IMG/VR virus record: IMGVR_UViG_2795386107_000001
Location: 8,822 to 72,821 of that record
Reading direction: 5' to 3' (one strand)
Length of the DNA stretch: 64,000 nucleotides
From: a virus
Taxonomy: Duplodnaviria > Caudoviricetes
The notes beneath the pieces were generated by a model, which did no database searches, had not been told where the DNA came from, and was given only the letters and a program-made list of their open reading frames with translations. The position numbers were made by a program, and so were the translations under genes. Below, piece by piece: positions 52,840 to 62,478 of the stretch. Position 1 is the stretch's first letter. Every line of letters begins with the position of its first letter.

Positions 52840-55293
52840 TTACTCCTTCGGGTCGGTGACGTAGTGGAGGCGGCATCGGCAGTTGATCGTGAGGGCGATC
52901 GGTGCGAATGGGTCGCCGGGGTAACGGAGGCTGGAGCCGTCGACGGTGTACGGGGTGCCGACGGGGAGCGTCTTGCCGTTCAGCGCCTTGTGGGCGGGGC
53001 GTACGCGGTCGTCTCCGCGGGTGATCCAGGTTCGGACGACGCCGGGGCCGGCGTGTTCGGCGGCGGCGTCTGCTGCGCCGTTGATGGTCGAGATGGCGCA
53101 GGTCTCGGCGATCCGGGCGATCAGGGCGGGCTCTGCGGAGTGGTAATGGCTGACGACGGCGTGCTCCAGGTCGCCCACGTCCTTGGCGTCGTTCTGCGCG
53201 GCGGCGAGGGCGTCGGCCAGTTCGGTGAGGAACGCGGTCACGGCCTCGCCGGCGAACGCCGCGGTGACGATGGCGGCCGCGGCCGCGGAGGGGGGAACGT
53301 CGTCCGAGCCGGTGAGGGCCTGCCCCACCTTGCGGGCGGTGGCGATGGCTGCCTGTTGGAGGATCGGCGTCAGGGTCTGGGAGGTCTCCTCAGCCCAGCG
53401 GGCGGCGCTGACGACGCGGTTCTGGTCGAGGTCGGCGTCGACGTGCCGGACGTCGTTGTCGTTCTCCGGCTGCCAGTAGCGGGTGTACTTGCGGATCTTC
53501 GGTGCGCGGAGCCGGGCCAGGATGACGCCTTCCTGGCGCGCCAGGAGGGCGGTGACGGCGGCTGCCACGGCCATGGAGAGGGCGTCGAAGTCGTCGTCTG
53601 TGACCTCGAATCCGTCGTCCTGGGGGAGTGCCTTGCTCTCGATCGTGTCGCGGGCGGCGGCGACGTCCTCGGCGGCCTCGCCGGGCTGGGTCTGCTCTTG
53701 GGCGTTCCGGGCGCGGTCGACGTCGGCGGCCGCATCGCCCGGGGCGGTGGCGGTGTTCGTGGCGCGTGCTGAGGCGACGGCGTCCGCGGCGGTGCTGCCT
53801 GCGGGCAGTGCGAGGGGGGCCTGCGCTCGTGCTGCGGTGACGGCGGCCGCCGCGTCCTGGCCGGGATCGACGGCGCGCGCGGCTGCCACGTCCGCGGCCG
53901 CGGAGTCTTCCGGAGCGGCGCCCTGGGGGAGCGGGGCGCCGGTGGGCGCCGCGCCGGGCATTCCGCCGGCGGCCGGGTCGGGACCGAGGCCGAGAGCCGC
54001 GGCGTCCTGCGGGTTGGCGGGTATGGGGGCCTTCTGCGGGCTGATCCACAGGGCGCGGGACTGCGGGACGTTGAAGGCTTCCCGGCCTGCGATCTCCCGG
54101 TACTCGTCGATGGTGATGAGGCCCTTGTCGAACTCCTCCCGGGCTTCTTGCCGGGCCTGGCGGCGGGGGAACTCGAGGGCCTGGACGCGGGAGGTGTCGT
54201 ACCGGACGGTCCAGCCGTCGTCCAGCTCAGGGTCGAACCCGGAGGCCACCAGGTTGAGGTGGGGCAGTTCGGTGTGGTCCCAGAAGTTCCACTCTTCCCG
54301 GTCCGCGTTGGCGTAGGTGCGCTCGGAGGCGTTGCCGACGATGCTCTCGGGCACGCCGAAGGCGGCCAGGATCTCGCCCTTGGAGATGCCGGCCAGCGTC
54401 TCGTACGCCATCTCGCGCGGCCGGGCGGAGGTGTCGACGTATGTGACACCGCCGGGGCCGGTGCCGACGAGGGTGAGCTGCCCGGCGTTGTGCGCGCCGG
54501 GGGCCAGGCGCTTCTGGATGCGGTCGACTTCGCGCGGGTCGACGCCGTCCAGGTCGATACCGACAATTCCGCCCGGTCTGCCGTCATTGTCAATAAATGA
54601 GATGTTGTATGTGCGCGCCTTGACGTCGAGGTCGACGGACAGGCCCGCGGCCTCAAGCGGGGTGACACCGCAGAACGGATCGGTGGGGTGGGGGTCCCTG
54701 ATCCAGATGACGTGTTTCGGCTTCAGCTCCCGGACCTGACCGGCGTAGTTGGTGAACTCGAAGTGCTTGACGTAGTCGCCGTTCTCGTCGTCCGGGATGA
54801 TCTGGACGCGGTCTGGTGGCAGCAGATCGAGCCGGGTGAGGGTGCCGCCCCGTGAGTAGGTCTTCTCGATGAACACGCCCTTCTTCGACAGAAGGAGCTG
54901 CGCGCTCAGCCGCTTCTTGAAGACGTCGGCGGTCTCCAAGGGGTTGGACTTCTTGTTCAGCAGGCGAAGAAGCGGGTGGTCGTCGAGGGTCTCCTCGAAG
55001 CGCCGCTCGTCGCCTCCCCGGCCTATTTGGATCGGTAGGGTACTGGCGTGCTTGCTGATCGCCTCGATGGACTTGAAGGTCCAGATGCTGCGTTCGTAGC
55101 CCTCGATGATGACGCGCTCGAGGTCCCAGCCGTCCGCGCGGCCTGGTGTCCCCCAGACGTTCGTGACGCCGGCGTACGTCATCGACACGTACGCGTTGCC
55201 CGCGAGGAGATCCTTTGTCTCCGTGGGCGGCGGGGGTGCGGCGGTCCGGGGGACAAGGAGGCCGCGGAGTGCGGGGAAGAGTTGGCGGGGCAT
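52840..55293 (-). CDS. Portal protein fused to C-terminal MuF (head morphogenesis) domain
   Basis: HPLLRLLN..NP, LLPPDRV, GVTPLEAA, NDGRPGG, ILAAFGVPES, GLITIDEYRE; Ala-rich linker; C-terminal WITRGDDRVRPAH..YPGDP..INCRC. Confidence 0.92.
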   Translation of the reverse strand: MPRQLFPALRGLLVPRTAAPPPPTETKDLLAGNAYVSMTYAGVTNVWGTPGRADGWDLERVIIEGYERSIWTFKSIEAISKHASTLPIQIGRGGDERRFEETLDDHPLLRLLNKKSNPLETADVFKKRLSAQLLLSKKGVFIEKTYSRGGTLTRLDLLPPDRVQIIPDDENGDYVKHFEFTNYAGQVRELKPKHVIWIRDPHPTDPFCGVTPLEAAGLSVDLDVKARTYNISFIDNDGRPGGIVGIDLDGVDPREVDRIQKRLAPGAHNAGQLTLVGTGPGGVTYVDTSARPREMAYETLAGISKGEILAAFGVPESIVGNASERTYANADREEWNFWDHTELPHLNLVASGFDPELDDGWTVRYDTSRVQALEFPRRQARQEAREEFDKGLITIDEYREIAGREAFNVPQSRALWISPQKAPIPANPQDAAALGLGPDPAAGGMPGAAPTGAPLPQGAAPEDSAAADVAAARAVDPGQDAAAAVTAARAQAPLALPAGSTAADAVASARATNTATAPGDAAADVDRARNAQEQTQPGEAAEDVAAARDTIESKALPQDDGFEVTDDDFDALSMAVAAAVTALLARQEGVILARLRAPKIRKYTRYWQPENDNDVRHVDADLDQNRVVSAARWAEETSQTLTPILQQAAIATARKVGQALTGSDDVPPSAAAAAIVTAAFAGEAVTAFLTELADALAAAQNDAKDVGDLEHAVVSHYHSAEPALIARIAETCAISTINGAADAAAEHAGPGVVRTWITRGDDRVRPAHKALNGKTLPVGTPYTVDGSSLRYPGDPFAPIALTINCRCRLHYVTDPKE

Positions 55294-55688
55294 CAGGCCC
55301 CCTCATCGCTGGACAGCCACAGGCCAGCGGCGACGGCAAGGATGCTGATGGCCAGCCATCCGAGCGGCGGCAGCAGGTAGAACAGAACGGCGGTCTGCCC
55401 GGAGTAGCTGCTGAACGCGGCGATGGCTCCGGCGTCTTGCTGCCATCGGCTCTTGGAGTTGCGGCGGACGAGAACACCGCTGGCGCACAGGCCGACGAGG
55501 GAGGCGGACAGGCCCGCGGCCCAGTGCAAGGCGCCCAGCGCCCCGAGGCCGCCGAGCACACCGAACGAGAGCAGGAGGAATCCGAACGCCTCCCGGCCGA
55601 TCTTCGCGTCGGGGAGCACCGACCCAGTGATGTCGGTGGTGGCGACAATCGGGTCGTCGTTCGACGGCTGAGGTTGCTGAGTAGTCAC
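55293..55688 (-). CDS. Small multi-pass membrane protein upstream of the portal (probably leaderless)
   Basis: About four hydrophobic segments; TGATG coupling to the portal; GTG 7 nt after a CATGGT box. Confidence 0.7.
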   Translation of the reverse strand: MTTQQPQPSNDDPIVATTDITGSVLPDAKIGREAFGFLLLSFGVLGGLGALGALHWAAGLSASLVGLCASGVLVRRNSKSRWQQDAGAIAAFSSYSGQTAVLFYLLPPLGWLAISILAVAAGLWLSSDEGA

Positions 55689-55695
55689 GCCGCGC

Positions 55696-55731
55696 ACCAT
55701 GAACGGCGGGCGGCGTTAGTGTCGCGTGCTC
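55696..55731 (-). promoter_or_regulatory. Bipartite promoter-like motif (portal operon)
   Basis: GAGCACGCGACACTAAC with CATGGT at the 22-nt offset. Confidence 0.7.
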
Positions 55732-56236
55732 AGCGTGGGGGCCGTGACACCCCGGACATGTAGGCGCCAATGCCGCGACGCTGGAGGGTGCCGCCGGGGA
55801 CGACGCGGGCGTTCTTCGGCGGTACGGGGATCTTCCGCTTCGCGCGGGTGCTCTGGTCGCCGCCGATCAAGTGCCGGTTGTCGATCTTGGCTGAGCAGTC
55901 GTCGCCGCGTACTTCGTCGTACGGGCGTCGGCAGCCCTTGCAGTAGACCTCCAGGGCATCAACGCGCTGCCCTTCGGCGGCCTTGAAGCTGCCGCGGTAG
56001 TCCGCGATCTTCGCGACCTTGGGCGTGACCTCGATCTCCGCGGCCACCACCCACACGTGCGAGAGATCCGGCTTCTCCTCCGCTGCTGGCGTGGCCGGGG
56101 GCTCCGGGGCGGCCTCCTTGATCGTCTTCGTCTCCACCCGCGGCGGCGTCTCGGGCTCAAGCCAGGAGAACAGTTTCTCTTGCAGGTGCGACCGGTGGCC
56201 GGTCTCGGATGAGAGGGGAGCTATCGCGGTAGTCAC
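55730..56236 (-). CDS. Hypothetical protein with putative Zn-binding motif
   Basis: GTG after GGAGG; HVW..VYCKGCRRPY..C; basic C-terminus. Confidence 0.7.
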   Translation of the reverse strand: MTTAIAPLSSETGHRSHLQEKLFSWLEPETPPRVETKTIKEAAPEPPATPAAEEKPDLSHVWVVAAEIEVTPKVAKIADYRGSFKAAEGQRVDALEVYCKGCRRPYDEVRGDDCSAKIDNRHLIGGDQSTRAKRKIPVPPKNARVVPGGTLQRRGIGAYMSGVSRPPR

Positions 56237-56493
56237 CGTTCCTCCGGAGCGCGCTGCGGGGTTGACGTAAAGCGCAACCCCCTTCACAGCCAAAACGTCA
56301 ACGACCGTGATCTGTTACACATGACCCGTTTGGGGCAACTCACCGGAGTGGATCAACACCTTTGCGTGATCTTCGAAGGTCACAGATGTGATCGTTTCCG
56401 ACGCGCCAGAAGGCCGTGTGAAGCGCCCAGATCTGATCTTCTGAGAGGGATAGGGTGGGGCATTCCACGATCCATCTCGGAGGTGCCCGCCCG

Positions 56494-59400
56494 GTGGCCG
56501 ACAGCTTTGTTCACCTGCACAATCACACCGAATACTCGATGCTCGACGGCGCGCAGAAGCTCAAGCCGATGTTCGCTGAGGTCGACCGGCAGGGCATGCC
56601 AGCGGTGGCGATGTCCGACCACGGCAACATGTTCGGTGCGTACGAGTTCCATCAGGTGTCCAAGGGCTTCGACAGGGTCAAGCCGATCATCGGGATTGAG
56701 GCGTACGTCGCCCCATCTTCGCGCCGCAATCGCAAGCAGGAGTTCTGGGGGCCGGGCGGGCAGCGCGCCATGTCGGACGACGGCGAGGGCTCGAAGGACG
56801 TCTCCGGCGGAGGCCGCTTCACCCACATGACCATGTGGGCCCAGAACGTCCAGGGCCTCAAGAACCTGTTCTACCTGTCCACCGAGGCCAGCTACACCGG
56901 GCAGTTCCCCGCCGGTAAGCCGCGCATGGATATGGAGCTGATCAGCGAGCACGCTGAGGGCATCATCGCGACGACGGGATGCCCCTCCGGCGCGATCCAG
57001 ACCCGGCTGCGCCTGAACCAGTACGACGAGGCACTCAAGGTCGCCGGCGCTTACCAGGACATCTTCGGCCGGGAGAACTACTTCCTGGAACTGATGGACC
57101 ACGGCCTGTCCATCGAGCGCGACGTCCGAGACGGACTGCTGCGCCTGGCCAAGCAACTGGCCATCCCGCTCCTGGCCACCAACGACGCGCACTACATCCA
57201 CGAGGACCAGGCGGACGCGCACGACAACCTGCTGTGCATCGGCGTCGGCAAGAACAAGGCCGACGAGAAGCGGTTCAGGTTCCAGGGCAGCGGCTACTAC
57301 CTGAAGACCGCGCAGGAGATGCGTGCCCTGTTCTCCGAGCTGCCCGAGGCGTGCGACAACACGCTGCTGATCGCGGAGCGGATCGAGTCGTATGACTCGG
57401 TCTTCGAGAACGTCGACGAGATGCCGCAGTTCCCCGACGTGCCGGAGGGGGAAACGCAGGAGTCCTGGCTGCGCAAGGAGTGCCTGAAGGGCCTCGCCAT
57501 GCGCTACGGGGACCCGATCCCCGCCGAGGTCATGGAACGCTTCGAGACCGAGATGTCGGTCATCGGCCCCATGGGCTTCTCCAGCTACTTCCTCGTGGTC
57601 GCGGACATCTGCAAGTACGCGCGGGACAACGGTGTGCCGGTCGGACCTGGCCGTGGTTCGGCTACCGGCTCGATCGTCGCCTACGCGACCCGCATCACTG
57701 AACTGTGCCCGCTCGAGCACGGCCTCCTCTTCGAGCGATTCCTGAACCCGGAGCGCATCAACCCTCCGGATGTCGACCTCGACTTCGACGACCGCCAGCG
57801 CGACAAAATGGTGCGCTACGTCACCGAGAAGTACGGCGACGAGTACACCGCCATGGTGAACACGTTCGGCAAGATCAAGGCCAAGAACGCGATCAAGGAC
57901 AGCTCGCGCATCCTCGGCTACCCCTTCAGCCATGGTGAGCGGATCACCAAGGCGCTGCCGCCGGACATCATGGGCAAGTCCATCCCGTTGGATGGCATCT
58001 TCGACCCGCAGCATCCTCGGTATGGCGAGGCCGCCGAGATCCGGACGATGTATGAGAACGAGCCGGACGTCAAGAAGGTCATCGACACCGCCAAGGGCGT
58101 CGAGGGCCTGACCCGAGGCACTGGTGTCCACGCGGCTGCGGTCATCCTGTCCAAGACCCGACTGACCGAACGTATCCCGCTGCACATGCGTGCGGCCGAC
58201 GGCGTGAAGATCACCGGCTTCGACTACCCCAGTTGCGAAAACATGGGGCTGGTCAAGATGGACTTCCTCGGGCTGCGGAACCTGGGTGTGATCGACCACG
58301 CCATCCAAAACATCCGCGAGAACCGCGGCGTCAAACTCGCCTGTGTTGACCCGATGGACGGCGACACCGAGACAGTTGTCATCCCCCTCGATGACAAGAA
58401 GACGTTCGAGCTTCTTGGCCGGGGCGACACTTTCGGTGTGTTCCAGCTCGACGGCGGCGGCATGCGCGCCTTGCTCAAGCTCATGGAGCCGAGCCGATTC
58501 GAGGACATCGCGGCCGCCCTCGCCCTGTACCGGCCCGGCCCGATGGCCGCCAACGCACACACCAACTACGCGCTGCGGCAGAACGGCAAGCAGGACCCCG
58601 ACCCCATCCACCCCGAGCTCAAGGAAGTCCTCGACCCGATCCTCGGGTCTACTCACCATCTGCTCATCTTCCAAGAGCAGATCATGGCGATCGCCCGGAC
58701 TCTCGCGGGGTACACGCTCGGCGGCGCCGACATGCTGCGCCGCGCGATGGGCAAGAAGAAGCCCGAGGTCCTGGCCGCGGAATGGGACAAATTCCACGGC
58801 GGCATGAAGGACAATGGCTACTCAGAGGAGGCCATCAAGGCCATCTGGGACGTCATGCTCCCGTTCTCCGGGTACGCCTTCAACAAGTCCCACACTGCCG
58901 GCTACGGCCTGGTCTCCTACTGGACCGCCTACCTGAAGGCGAACTACCCGGCCGAGTACATGGCCGCACTGCTGACGTCCGTCGGAGACGACAAGGACAA
59001 GGCCGGCGTCTACCTGGCCGACGCCCGCAAATTGGGCGTGACCGTTCTACCGCCCGACGTCAACGAGTCCGTCGCGGAGTTCGCGGCCATCGGCGACGAC
59101 GTGCGCTTCGGCCTCCGATCGGTGCGCAACGTCGGCGACAACGTCATCGAAGCGATCATCGCGGCCCGTAAGTCCCAGGGGAAGTTCACCTCGTTCGCCG
59201 ACTTCCTGGACAAGGTCGAGTTGCCCGCGCTCAATAAGAGGGCCGTCGAATCGCTCATCAAGGCCGGCGCCTTCGACTCCCTCGGCCACACACGCAAGGG
59301 GCTGACGGCCGCTCACGAAGCAGCCATCGATGCGGTTGTGCCGCTGAAGAAGGCCGCCGCATACGGGCAGGACGACTTGTTCGCAGGGATGGGCAGCGAC

Positions 59401-60093
59401 AGCAGCGACGAAGGGGCCGGGTTCGGCCTCGACGTGCCTATCGGCGAGAGCGAATGGCCGCGTAAGCAGCTCCTCTCCACTGAGCGGGAGATGCTCGGGA
59501 TGTACGTCTCGGCGCACCCTCTGGACGGCACTGAACACATCCTGGCCGCTAACCGGGACACCACCATTCCCGATCTGCTGGCTTCAGGCCGCACGGAGGG
59601 CATGGTCCGTCTGTCCGGGCTGATCACCAGTGTCCAGCCGAAGATGACCAAGCAGGGCAACGCGTGGGCCATCGTCAATTTGGCCGACCGTGACGGCACC
59701 ATAGAGGTCCTGTTCTTCCCGGCCTCCTACCAGCTCGTCATGGGCGCGCTCGTCGAGGACGCCGTGGTATCGGTCTTTGGCAGGCTCAACGATCGTGACG
59801 GCACCATCAGCATCTTCGGCCAGGAGTTGCAGGTCCTGGACGTCACAGCCGCCGAGCGCAACGGTGCGGCGCCTGTCCAGCTCGCTCTTCCCTACCACCG
59901 CATCAACGAGCCCACGGTGAAGGAACTCAAACGGATCATGGGAGCTCACCCAGGGGAGAACCCCGTGCGTCTGACGGTGCGTGGCCCGCAGAAGACGACC
60001 ATCTTCCAGCTTCAGGCCATGGTGAACGCGGCAACTATCGCGTCCGACATCAAGGGTTCCTTCGGCGCGGAGGCTTGGCAGGGCGTGGCGTGA
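56494..60093 (+). CDS. dnaE: DNA polymerase III alpha subunit
   Basis: PHP FVHLHNHTEYSMLDG, SDHGN, TNDAHY; GPGRGSA; catalytic PDVDLDF and KMDFLGL; YAFNKSH; C-terminal OB fold; GTG after GGAGG. Confidence 0.97.
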   Translation: MADSFVHLHNHTEYSMLDGAQKLKPMFAEVDRQGMPAVAMSDHGNMFGAYEFHQVSKGFDRVKPIIGIEAYVAPSSRRNRKQEFWGPGGQRAMSDDGEGSKDVSGGGRFTHMTMWAQNVQGLKNLFYLSTEASYTGQFPAGKPRMDMELISEHAEGIIATTGCPSGAIQTRLRLNQYDEALKVAGAYQDIFGRENYFLELMDHGLSIERDVRDGLLRLAKQLAIPLLATNDAHYIHEDQADAHDNLLCIGVGKNKADEKRFRFQGSGYYLKTAQEMRALFSELPEACDNTLLIAERIESYDSVFENVDEMPQFPDVPEGETQESWLRKECLKGLAMRYGDPIPAEVMERFETEMSVIGPMGFSSYFLVVADICKYARDNGVPVGPGRGSATGSIVAYATRITELCPLEHGLLFERFLNPERINPPDVDLDFDDRQRDKMVRYVTEKYGDEYTAMVNTFGKIKAKNAIKDSSRILGYPFSHGERITKALPPDIMGKSIPLDGIFDPQHPRYGEAAEIRTMYENEPDVKKVIDTAKGVEGLTRGTGVHAAAVILSKTRLTERIPLHMRAADGVKITGFDYPSCENMGLVKMDFLGLRNLGVIDHAIQNIRENRGVKLACVDPMDGDTETVVIPLDDKKTFELLGRGDTFGVFQLDGGGMRALLKLMEPSRFEDIAAALALYRPGPMAANAHTNYALRQNGKQDPDPIHPELKEVLDPILGSTHHLLIFQEQIMAIARTLAGYTLGGADMLRRAMGKKKPEVLAAEWDKFHGGMKDNGYSEEAIKAIWDVMLPFSGYAFNKSHTAGYGLVSYWTAYLKANYPAEYMAALLTSVGDDKDKAGVYLADARKLGVTVLPPDVNESVAEFAAIGDDVRFGLRSVRNVGDNVIEAIIAARKSQGKFTSFADFLDKVELPALNKRAVESLIKAGAFDSLGHTRKGLTAAHEAAIDAVVPLKKAAAYGQDDLFAGMGSDSSDEGAGFGLDVPIGESEWPRKQLLSTEREMLGMYVSAHPLDGTEHILAANRDTTIPDLLASGRTEGMVRLSGLITSVQPKMTKQGNAWAIVNLADRDGTIEVLFFPASYQLVMGALVEDAVVSVFGRLNDRDGTISIFGQELQVLDVTAAERNGAAPVQLALPYHRINEPTVKELKRIMGAHPGENPVRLTVRGPQKTTIFQLQAMVNAATIASDIKGSFGAEAWQGVA

Positions 60094-60449
60094 GAGGCGA
60101 GCAGAGCAATGAGGAGACAATCCTCCTCAAGGTCGAAGACACGCCGCCTTGCCCGCAGTGCGACGGCCCCACGCTGCTCCTCGCACGGTTTCCCCATGCC
60201 TGGAAGAACGGCCTTGGGCGGGACGTCTCGGGCCTCAGAGAAACGGTGCTGTGTCAGGGCTGCCATCACGGGGACCCAGCCGCGGCCGAGCTGCTCGCGC
60301 TGTACGCCGTCGACGGCCACGTGAACCCGGAGAACCTGGACGTCTTCGGCGGGCTTGTCGCCGCCTGGGTCGAGTCCGTACGGCAGCGCAAGGTCGACGA
60401 AGGCGCGCTGAACGCCGAGTTCGAGCTGTGGAAACGAGGCGAGTTGTAG
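60090..60449 (+). CDS. DUF6300-like zinc-ribbon protein
   Basis: CPQC..ARFPHAWKN..VLCQGC; GTGA overlap with the dnaE stop. Confidence 0.7.
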   Translation: MRGEQSNEETILLKVEDTPPCPQCDGPTLLLARFPHAWKNGLGRDVSGLRETVLCQGCHHGDPAAAELLALYAVDGHVNPENLDVFGGLVAAWVESVRQRKVDEGALNAEFELWKRGEL

Positions 60450-60465
60450 CCCCTTTGGAGCGCTA

Positions 60466-60504
60466 GAAGGGGCCCGGTCTGCTTTTGAGCAGCCGGGCCC
60501 CTTC
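60466..60504. terminator. Bidirectional terminator-like hairpin between convergent genes
   Basis: gaaggggcccgg-t-ctgct-tttg-agcag-ccgggccccttc long stem with one bulge. Confidence 0.8.
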
Positions 60505-60516
60505 AGTCTTGGGCGT

Positions 60517-62055
60517 TTAGGTCAGGGCATGGTGCAGGCGGAGCACATGGGCCACCATCGAGTCCTGTTGTGTGGGTGGTTGGCGTTCCAGTCGTAGGGC
60601 GACAGCCGCCAGCTCGTCTGCGTCGATGAACTTGCCATCGATCAGCGGTGAGCCCGATTCCAGCATGGTGCGGATTGCGGCCGGACCGAATCGGGAGAGG
60701 GCCCGGTGCAACACGTCGTGGAAGTTCTCCCGCAGCGGCGGGTGGGTCACCTCCGCATCGAAGCCGAGGCGTTGGAGGCGCACCCTGGCCAGGTGCTTCT
60801 TCCGACGCCAGGAGAAAGGTAGCCACTGCCCGAAGCGCCACATCACGGGATCGGCGAGCGGGTACAGCGGCCACACTCCGGCCCGCAGGTACATGGGCGC
60901 ACCGCAGACGAGAGCGCGGAGTGTGGAGTCGGAGATCGGGGGTGCAGGGGGTATGCCGCTCTCCTGGTCCCGTAGGGCCTCGAACGTGTTGGGTGTGAGC
61001 CAGCAGGGGACTTCTGAGGGCGTCAGCGGCGGTTTTGGTTCCGGCGGCAGGCTCAGCATTTCGTCCCCGCCCACCCCGGCCGCGGCCCAGAGCACGCCGT
61101 CTGCCTTCCACTTGGCCAGCAGTCGACTGTGCCCAGCAATGTAGATCTCCTCGTGGGGTCCCAACTGCACGCGCGGGGCGTGCCGCGGGTCCAGCGGCAG
61201 GTAGTCGGCGGCACGCAGCACGGTGTCCCGGAAGCCGGCATAGCGGATCATCGCCTCCCGGCGCCGCTTCTGCTGTTCCCCGGCAGCACCTTGCTGGATC
61301 AGCGCGCCGCTGAAGATGACGGGCCCGTGGCGGGTGGCCAACGACATGGCCACATTGCTGCTGTCCATCCCTCCGGACAACTCGACCGCGGTCCGCTCGG
61401 GTAGGTAGTGGTGGTCTGCCAGTACGGCGTCGAGGAGTCGTTCGTAGCCGTCGAGGACCCTTGCGTCCGGGGCGAGTTCGCGGGGCTCATCGTGGCGAGC
61501 AGGCTCAGGCATCCGCACCCGGAGTTCCCCATCGTGGAACGAGGCGCTGGAGCGTTCAGTGAGCAGGGATATGCCCTGCCACGCGGTGCGGGTGCTGTAG
61601 TGGCCGGTCAGGGCCAACAGCCGGGCGATCTCGATGGGGTCAAGATGCTGGTTGGGCATCGCGCTGCGCAAGCGCGTCACGTCCCAGTGCCCGTGCAGGA
61701 TGCCGTGATTCGCTGTCAAGTAGACAGGAGCCGGAGCGTGCGCACCGGTGCTGACTGTGATCCCGTTCAGGGTGATCTCGATGAGATGGTGTGCTCGCGC
61801 CCATGAAGTCGCCTCATTGAACGCTTCGTTGTAGGCCCGCTGGCTCAACGGCCTTGGTGAGCCCGGTGAGTGGGGCGGTCGTCCGGGAGCGCGCTCACGT
61901 ACCTGGAAGACAACACGCTGGCTGTCCCGAGCCGACCAGGTTTCCAGCGCTGGATGATCATAGGGGGAGATCCAGGAGGAGCCACTGCGCCAGCGGTCAC
62001 CGGCCCACTCCCATGACGTGCTGATCGACGCGGTATCGAACCGCATACTCAGCAT
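60517..62055 (-). CDS. Asparagine-synthetase-like adenylating enzyme (lasso-cyclase / macrolactam synthetase related)
   Basis: PP-loop ELSGGMDSS, GVGGDEML, YPLADP, RKKHLAR; no N-terminal Cys glutaminase motif; RBS AAGGAG. Confidence 0.85.
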   Translation of the reverse strand: MLSMRFDTASISTSWEWAGDRWRSGSSWISPYDHPALETWSARDSQRVVFQVRERAPGRPPHSPGSPRPLSQRAYNEAFNEATSWARAHHLIEITLNGITVSTGAHAPAPVYLTANHGILHGHWDVTRLRSAMPNQHLDPIEIARLLALTGHYSTRTAWQGISLLTERSSASFHDGELRVRMPEPARHDEPRELAPDARVLDGYERLLDAVLADHHYLPERTAVELSGGMDSSNVAMSLATRHGPVIFSGALIQQGAAGEQQKRRREAMIRYAGFRDTVLRAADYLPLDPRHAPRVQLGPHEEIYIAGHSRLLAKWKADGVLWAAAGVGGDEMLSLPPEPKPPLTPSEVPCWLTPNTFEALRDQESGIPPAPPISDSTLRALVCGAPMYLRAGVWPLYPLADPVMWRFGQWLPFSWRRKKHLARVRLQRLGFDAEVTHPPLRENFHDVLHRALSRFGPAAIRTMLESGSPLIDGKFIDADELAAVALRLERQPPTQQDSMVAHVLRLHHALT

Positions 62056-62082
62056 CAGCCGCTCCTTAGTTCGGAGACTGGG

Positions 62083-62111
62083 ACGGGGCCCCTCACAAGG
62101 AGGGGCCCCGT
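62083..62111 (-). terminator. Stem-loop after short peptide gene 2
   Basis: acggggcccct-cacaagg-aggggccccgt perfect 11-bp stem. Confidence 0.7.
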
Positions 62112-62124
62112 TGAGGACAGAGGG

Positions 62125-62259
62125 TCAGTCGTCCTCGTTGACGCGCTGGTCACCCTGGCCCGAGGGCTTGCGGTGCCGGGCCTCGGGGGTCGGCGCCGTG
62201 GTGCGCGCCGAGGTGGTGAACATTTCCTCCAGGTCGCGGAGCGCCGATTCGGCGTTCAT
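62125..62259 (-). CDS. 44-aa peptide, candidate RiPP precursor 2
   Basis: MNAESALRDLEEMFTTSARTTAPTPEARHRKPSGQGDQRVNEDD; RBS AAGGAGG; below the ORF-track cutoff. Confidence 0.7.
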   Translation of the reverse strand: MNAESALRDLEEMFTTSARTTAPTPEARHRKPSGQGDQRVNEDD

Positions 62260-62422
62260 CGCATTCCTCCTTGAACGAGTCGATCCGTGAACGTGCTGAC
62301 GACGGTTCCTACCCTGTGCAGTGCTGGGATCAGTCCTCGTCGTCGTTGATGTGCGAGCTGATGCTGATGGCGCAGCACCAGATTGGTGCGACCCATGGTC
62401 ATGCGGGCGCGCTCACTCAGTG

Positions 62423-62457
62423 GGTGGGGCGGGGACCACCGACGATCCCTGCCCCAC
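62423..62457 (-). terminator. Stem-loop after short peptide gene 1
   Basis: gtggggc-ggggac..atccct-gccccac imperfect long stem. Confidence 0.55.
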
Positions 62458-62478
62458 GTTCAGTGCGGTTCGGAGCGG

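Larger units (their letters stand above)
1..56236. mobile_element. Large temperate siphovirus / phage-plasmid region (replication arm plus head, neck, tail and holin genes); boundaries not visible
   Basis: Siphoviral gene order on - strand (portal, protease, capsid, neck, major tail, chaperone, tape measure, minor tails, fibre, holin) and initiator/DnaC pair on +. No att sites, integrase or terminase seen; dnaE and the RiPP-like genes to the right may also be cargo. Confidence 0.9.

Noticed and set aside
56380-58797. 805-aa ORF antisense to dnaE, and similar shadows over tail and portal genes
   Set aside because: Typical stop-poor antisense frames of GC-rich coding DNA.
56494-60093. Intein or intron in dnaE
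   Set aside because: Normal length and contiguous motifs; no splicing motifs seen.
62330-62402. Possible third precursor ending ..SHINDDED*, similar to ..RVNEDD*
   Set aside because: That frame has an upstream stop at 62399-62401 and no start codon or RBS; at most a relic.
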